This document shows, piece after piece, positions 59,320 to 64,000 of a stretch of DNA of 64,000 nt. The notes under the pieces were generated by a model. The model made no database searches and was not told where the DNA came from. It was given only the letters and a program-made list of their open reading frames with translations. The stretch is from contig JBLIRO010000005.1 of assembly GCA_049472335.1 (NCBI GenBank), forward strand, positions 37,708 to 101,707, in the 5' to 3' direction. The stretch's first letter is position 1. Every line of letters starts with the position of its first letter. The DNA is from a bacterium (GTDB taxonomy: Bacteria; SZUA-182; DTGQ01; JAFGSM01). A program made the position numbers and the translations under genes.

Positions 59320-60510
59320 GTGGTATGTAAGGCATTGACACCCGTTCCTGAATTGCCTATACTTTTTCCGATTATGTTAAAAGAAAAGAGCTCAGAAAAT
59401 ATTTTAAAATATCTTTGGGGGATCGGCCCATGGCTGGCTGTTACTGTTCTCCTTATAACAGCAGTAATACTGGGTTCAAGGATATCCAGCGAAAAAAAAC
59501 GGATAAAAGAGGAGAAGCTTGCTGCATATAAAAACGAACGGCCACCGGCAACCGTGATAGTACAAAAGGTTCACCCTACAGAGGTTGTAGATCGTATCAA
59601 CCTGCCTGCGATTATATCTCCTCAGGAAGATCTGACTCTTCTGGCTGAGGTAAGCGGCCCCATAATCTCCATTTCGGCAAATGAGGGAGACATAATAAAA
59701 AAGGGAGATGTCCTTGCTCAGATAGATCCACGTGATTACCAGAACCGGCTTAACCAGATCCAGGCCGCCTTCAATCTCGCGAAACTCGATTTTGAAAGAA
59801 TTTCAAAGCTTGCCAAGACTGACGCAGCTTCTCAGGCACAGCTAGACACAATACAGGCCAGGCTCAAGGAAACAAGGTCTTCACTTTCAGCCGCCAAACT
59901 GGATCTTGAGAGATGTACTATCACTGCTCCCATATCAGGATTTATAAACAAAAGGTTTGCGAAGCTGGGTCTCCTTGTAAGCAGGTCCGATCCGCTTTTC
60001 CAAATCCTGGACACCAGCCGGGTCAAGGTCGAGGTAGGGGTCCCTGAATCCGATGTTGAAGCAATTAGCAATCTGCAAGAGGCGGAGATCACGATAGAAG
60101 CCCTGGATAATTTGAAAGTCAAGGGAGAAAAAGTCTTTTTATCCCGCCAGCCTGAGAGTTTTGCAAGGTTATATAATCTGAAGCTTGAGGTGAAAAATCC
60201 CGATAATCTTCTCAGACCGGGTATGTTTGCAAGGGTGGACCTGATCAAAGCAAGATATCCTGATTCTTTTGTCGTACCGCTTTATTCCGTCATTACGAAC
60301 AATGACGAACACTACTTATATGTGATAAATGATGATACTGCTCATTACCGTCCTGTAAAACTCGGTGTCCTGGAAGGGTGGCAGGTACAGATTGTCGATG
60401 GTATTAAATCCAATGACCGGATCGTTGTGGTTGGACAAAGAAACCTGGAAGACGGGCAATCTGTGCAGATAATTCGAACCATTCGGGACCCCGAAGAGCT
60501 CCAGAGATGA
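59320..60510 (+). CDS. RND efflux membrane-fusion protein (start may be 59374)
   Basis: TM anchor, AEVSG..EGD..KGDVL, ITAPISG, LRPGMF, VVVGQ. Confidence 0.9.
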   Translation: MVCKALTPVPELPILFPIMLKEKSSENILKYLWGIGPWLAVTVLLITAVILGSRISSEKKRIKEEKLAAYKNERPPATVIVQKVHPTEVVDRINLPAIISPQEDLTLLAEVSGPIISISANEGDIIKKGDVLAQIDPRDYQNRLNQIQAAFNLAKLDFERISKLAKTDAASQAQLDTIQARLKETRSSLSAAKLDLERCTITAPISGFINKRFAKLGLLVSRSDPLFQILDTSRVKVEVGVPESDVEAISNLQEAEITIEALDNLKVKGEKVFLSRQPESFARLYNLKLEVKNPDNLLRPGMFARVDLIKARYPDSFVVPLYSVITNNDEHYLYVINDDTAHYRPVKLGVLEGWQVQIVDGIKSNDRIVVVGQRNLEDGQSVQIIRTIRDPEELQR

Positions 60511-63500
60511 TTATAAGCGATACTGCCATCCGTCAAAGGATCAGTGTTATGGTACTGTCTCTGATTATAATCGTCTGGGGCCTTTATTCTTATTTCTCGC
60601 TCCCCAGGGAAAGCTCCCCTGATATTACAATACCCAATGTGTTTGTATCCACATCATATCGAGGGGTCTCCCCTGCTGATATAGAGAAATCCATCACTAT
60701 CCCTATCGAAAAAAAACTCAAGGGGCTGGAGAATGTCAAAAAGATCCAGTCTGTTAGCTCGGAAGGTTTGTCTTCCATCAATATCGAGTTTATTACCGGA
60801 ACGGATATCGATGAAGTCCTCCAGAAGGTAAGGGACAAGGTGGATGAATCGCTCTCGGAATTGCCTTCGGACCTTGAAGAGGACCCATCGGTATTTGAGG
60901 TAAATTTTTCCGAGCTTCCCATCCTTGTGCTTTCTCTAAGCGGAGACATAGGCCTGGCTCGTCTCAAGAAGATTGCCGAAGACCTACAGGATGATATCGA
61001 GGCTATACCAGGAGTACTGGAATGCGAGGTAAGCGGGGGGCTGGAAAGGGAGATTCGCATAGAACCCTATGCCAGGCGTCTTGCATATTATGGTATACCT
61101 GTCACATCCCTGCAGGAGGTTATTTCCGGAGAGAATCAAAACGTGTCCGGCGGAATTATCCAGATGGGTGACGGAAGGTTCCGGCTGCGCGTGCCCGGAG
61201 AGTTTTCACTCCCCGAGGAGATCCTTGGGCTTGTTGTGGGAACCCATATGGGAGAGCCTGTATATCTTAAAAATGTGGCAATGGTTATAGACGGTTTCAA
61301 GGAACAGGACAGCAGGTCCCGCCTGAATGGCCGCGAGGCGATAAATCTCAGCATTAAAAAGAGAACAGGGGAAAACATAATAGAAATAACCGACAAAATC
61401 GAGGAATTAATCCTGAAATCAAGTCAGACATGGCCTAAGGGTGTAGAGATAACCAAGCTGATGGATCAGGCAAAGGATATCAGGGGCATGATTGCCGACC
61501 TTGAAAACAATCTCCTATCCGGTCTGATTCTTGTCGTGCTTGTTCTCCTGTTTTCACTGGGTCTTAGAAACGCCCTCCTCGTCAGTCTCGCTATCCCTAT
61601 GTCCATGTTATTATCCTTCTCAATCTTACAGGCGCTTGGGATTACACTTAATATGGTGGTGCTCTTCAGCCTGACGCTTGCCCTGGGGATGCTTGTAGAT
61701 AACGCCATAGTCATCATTGAGAATATCTATAGATATATGGAACAGGGGGTACCGAGATACCAGGCTGCCATGAAAGGCACCAGCGAGGTGGCCTACCCCG
61801 TAATCGGTGCTACCATGACCACTGTTTTCGCATTCTTCCCCCTCATTTTCTGGCCCGGGATCATGGGTGAATTCATGAGTTACCTGCCAATCACCCTGAT
61901 CATAACCCTGTCATCGAGTCTGTTTGTAGCGTTAGTTATAAATCCGGCACTGGCAAGTTTCTTTATGAAGGAAAAAAGACCGGCCGGGAATGGGGCTGCG
62001 GTCAGTGCCGAGGAGATTCAGAAGGCGGGTGAACAGCCTGTAGCCTCTAATACCACTATACTCAAATGGTATCGCAGTATTTTAGGTTATTGCCTGAGCC
62101 ACAGGGTGGCAGTCACCATAGCGAGTTTCATTTTTCTCGCACTCTGTATTCAAATGTGGCTGCTCAGGGTCGGGCTTGAAAAACCCATTGAGTTTTTCCC
62201 GCACATCGATCCCCTGGCCTTTTATATCAATATGGACATGCCTGAAGGCGCGGACCTGGATTATTGCGACCGCATCGCAAAACAGGCCGAGATCAGGGTA
62301 TGCGGAGGAGACCTCACCGGGTATAACAATGGGAAAAAGGACCTTGATACTATATATAATGAATCCATGACCCCCAGGACCCATAAAAAACGGGATGGCT
62401 CGGAATTTGAAGGACCCGGAGACCTGTCCAATATTGAATATATCTATTCAAGGACCATAACCAGAACGGATGGCGGATTGATGTTCAGCTCAAATACGCC
62501 GAACCATGTGGGTGTGCAGTTCATCGATCTTGAGGACCGAACCCAGCCCAGTCCGGAAACGTTGGAAGAAATAAGGAAAAGGGTTAAGGGGATACCGGGC
62601 GCAAAGATCACCATCATGGAAAGGGAGGAAGGCCCCCCTACCGGCGCCCCTATCAATATCGAGATCGTTGGTGAAGACTTCAGGATACTAGGTCAGATAG
62701 CGTACAATATCCGTGACATGATTTCGCAGGTACCATTTGTGGAGGATGTAAGGGATGATTATGTACCCGGCCACCCGTCGATCCAGGTCAGGGTTGACAG
62801 GCAAAAGGCCGCCCTCCTCGGCCTCTCCACAAACACCATTGGCTTCGTTTTAAAAACAGCCTTTAACGGGCTTGAGATATCAACCTATCATGAGGCTGAC
62901 GAAGATTATGATATCACCATCCAACTGTCGGAAGAAGAGAGGGAATCCACGGACATACTCAGACACCTTCTTATCCCGAGCCCAAGCGGTCAACTGGTCC
63001 CCCTTTCAACCATTGCAAAGTTTTCTTATACAGGCAGCCTCGGAGAGATAACGCGTATTAACCATGAAAGAGTGGTTACAGTAAAAGCCAATGTGAACGA
63101 GGAATACGTGCCTGGGCCAGTTGCACGGGAACAGGCAGAAGAGCTCCTGGCCGGCCTGACACTTCCCCCGGGTTATAAGATCCGGTTCACGGGGGAGTTT
63201 GAGTTCCAGCAGGAAGCAGAGGATTTTTTAAGCAAGGCCTTCATTGTGGCTTTATTTCTTATATTTCTAATACTGGTGACACAGTTCAACTCCATAAACA
63301 AGCCGTTCATTATAATGACCACCGTGCTTCTTTCACTGGGAGGAGTCTTTCTTGGCCTGACCTGCTGTAATTTTTCCTTTGGCATCATAATGACTGGTGT
63401 GGGGGTAATCTCATTGGCCGGAGTAGTGGTTAATAACGGAATCCTGCTTATAGACTATATAAATCAATTGAAACAGAGGGGGTTAACTTCACGGGAGGCC

Positions 63501-63830
63501 ATCATTGCGGGAGGATGTACAAGGCTGAGGCCTGTCTTTCTTACTGCCATTACAACCATCCTGGGTTTGGTACCCATGGTGACAGGAATCTCGTACGATT
63601 TTCACAAGGGGCAGATCGCGTGGATAAGCCAGTCTAGCCAGTGGTGGAGGACCATGGCCTCCGCTGTTATCTTCGGGCTGGCGCTTGCTACCATTTTAAC
63701 CCTTATCATTGTTCCTGTATTTTATTCAATAACGGAATCCATTCAAGCCGGATTTTTAAAAGGACTGGAATGGTGCAAAGAGGTCTATTGGAGACCCTAC
63801 CATAGATTTATAGAAAAGGACAAAGGATAA
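60507..63830 (+). CDS. RND efflux permease (AcrB family)
   Basis: GMLVDNAIV, GVVVNNGILL, RLRPVFLT; ATGA overlap with MFP. Confidence 0.95.
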   Translation: MIISDTAIRQRISVMVLSLIIIVWGLYSYFSLPRESSPDITIPNVFVSTSYRGVSPADIEKSITIPIEKKLKGLENVKKIQSVSSEGLSSINIEFITGTDIDEVLQKVRDKVDESLSELPSDLEEDPSVFEVNFSELPILVLSLSGDIGLARLKKIAEDLQDDIEAIPGVLECEVSGGLEREIRIEPYARRLAYYGIPVTSLQEVISGENQNVSGGIIQMGDGRFRLRVPGEFSLPEEILGLVVGTHMGEPVYLKNVAMVIDGFKEQDSRSRLNGREAINLSIKKRTGENIIEITDKIEELILKSSQTWPKGVEITKLMDQAKDIRGMIADLENNLLSGLILVVLVLLFSLGLRNALLVSLAIPMSMLLSFSILQALGITLNMVVLFSLTLALGMLVDNAIVIIENIYRYMEQGVPRYQAAMKGTSEVAYPVIGATMTTVFAFFPLIFWPGIMGEFMSYLPITLIITLSSSLFVALVINPALASFFMKEKRPAGNGAAVSAEEIQKAGEQPVASNTTILKWYRSILGYCLSHRVAVTIASFIFLALCIQMWLLRVGLEKPIEFFPHIDPLAFYINMDMPEGADLDYCDRIAKQAEIRVCGGDLTGYNNGKKDLDTIYNESMTPRTHKKRDGSEFEGPGDLSNIEYIYSRTITRTDGGLMFSSNTPNHVGVQFIDLEDRTQPSPETLEEIRKRVKGIPGAKITIMEREEGPPTGAPINIEIVGEDFRILGQIAYNIRDMISQVPFVEDVRDDYVPGHPSIQVRVDRQKAALLGLSTNTIGFVLKTAFNGLEISTYHEADEDYDITIQLSEEERESTDILRHLLIPSPSGQLVPLSTIAKFSYTGSLGEITRINHERVVTVKANVNEEYVPGPVAREQAEELLAGLTLPPGYKIRFTGEFEFQQEAEDFLSKAFIVALFLIFLILVTQFNSINKPFIIMTTVLLSLGGVFLGLTCCNFSFGIIMTGVGVISLAGVVVNNGILLIDYINQLKQRGLTSREAIIAGGCTRLRPVFLTAITTILGLVPMVTGISYDFHKGQIAWISQSSQWWRTMASAVIFGLALATILTLIIVPVFYSITESIQAGFLKGLEWCKEVYWRPYHRFIEKDKG

Positions 63831-63847
63831 AAAAAGGATAAATTATA

Positions 63848-64000
63848 ATGGGAAAGGAACAGGACCAGGACCTCGGCGAACTGCCAGGCAAAAAGCTGAA
63901 GTGGACTCGTTCCAAGATCCTTGTTTTATGGGTGGGCCTTATCCTGTTTCTTGTTATTTCTGCCTTTACCCATCTGGATAAAAAGATAGCCGCAGCCCTT
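63848..64000 (+). CDS. Partial membrane protein (runs off the window)
   Basis: Open frame MGKEQDQ..ILVLWVGLILFLVISAFTHLDKKIAAAL. Confidence 0.5.
   Translation, partial: MGKEQDQDLGELPGKKLKWTRSKILVLWVGLILFLVISAFTHLDKKIAAAL

Noticed and set aside
59295..59344. CGGGTGTC/GACACCCG inverted repeat enclosing a GTGGTATGTAAG direct repeat upstream of the RND genes
   Set aside because: Short and single-copy; cannot distinguish operator, REP remnant or chance.

Overview
Bacterial chromosomal window from an anaerobe with deltaproteobacteria-like gene content (taxonomy is inference only). It holds housekeeping blocks (miaA end, tsaB, dnaC-like, coaX, birA, nadC, valS, romR-like, larBC/larE, galT, double-length uvrA, hypA, purM, purD, RND efflux) with accessory islands between them. 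The strongest signal is a complete diversity-generating retroelement on the minus strand at about 55.4-58.9 kb: a DUF1566/CLec target with VR (58025-58180), a GC hairpin, avd, TR (57129-57281) and a reverse transcriptase. By manual alignment TR and VR differ by 18 substitutions, all at TR adenines, plus one in-frame extra codon. Two things are unusual: the RT carries a C-terminal MutS-domain-I-like extension, and it is ATGA-coupled to a 1515-aa secreted protein with caspase/legumain-like domains. Other oddities: (i) a NuoF/E/G-like (HydBCA-like) module lacking a catalytic subunit, with a fused pseudo-receiver, a DmsB-type ferredoxin split over two polypeptides, a membrane protein and a 9-heme cytochrome c; (ii) a signal-less [NiFe] hydrogenase in one operon with MetVF; (iii) a circularly permuted iPGM; (iv) two exported Gly/Tyr-rich proteins with similar leaders; (v) a decaying defence-like island (SLOG with PRTase remnant, PIN pseudogene, TPR-CHAT protein, IS remnant, MITE). 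I saw no tRNA, rRNA or CRISPR array. All family assignments come from motif recognition by eye, not database searches.
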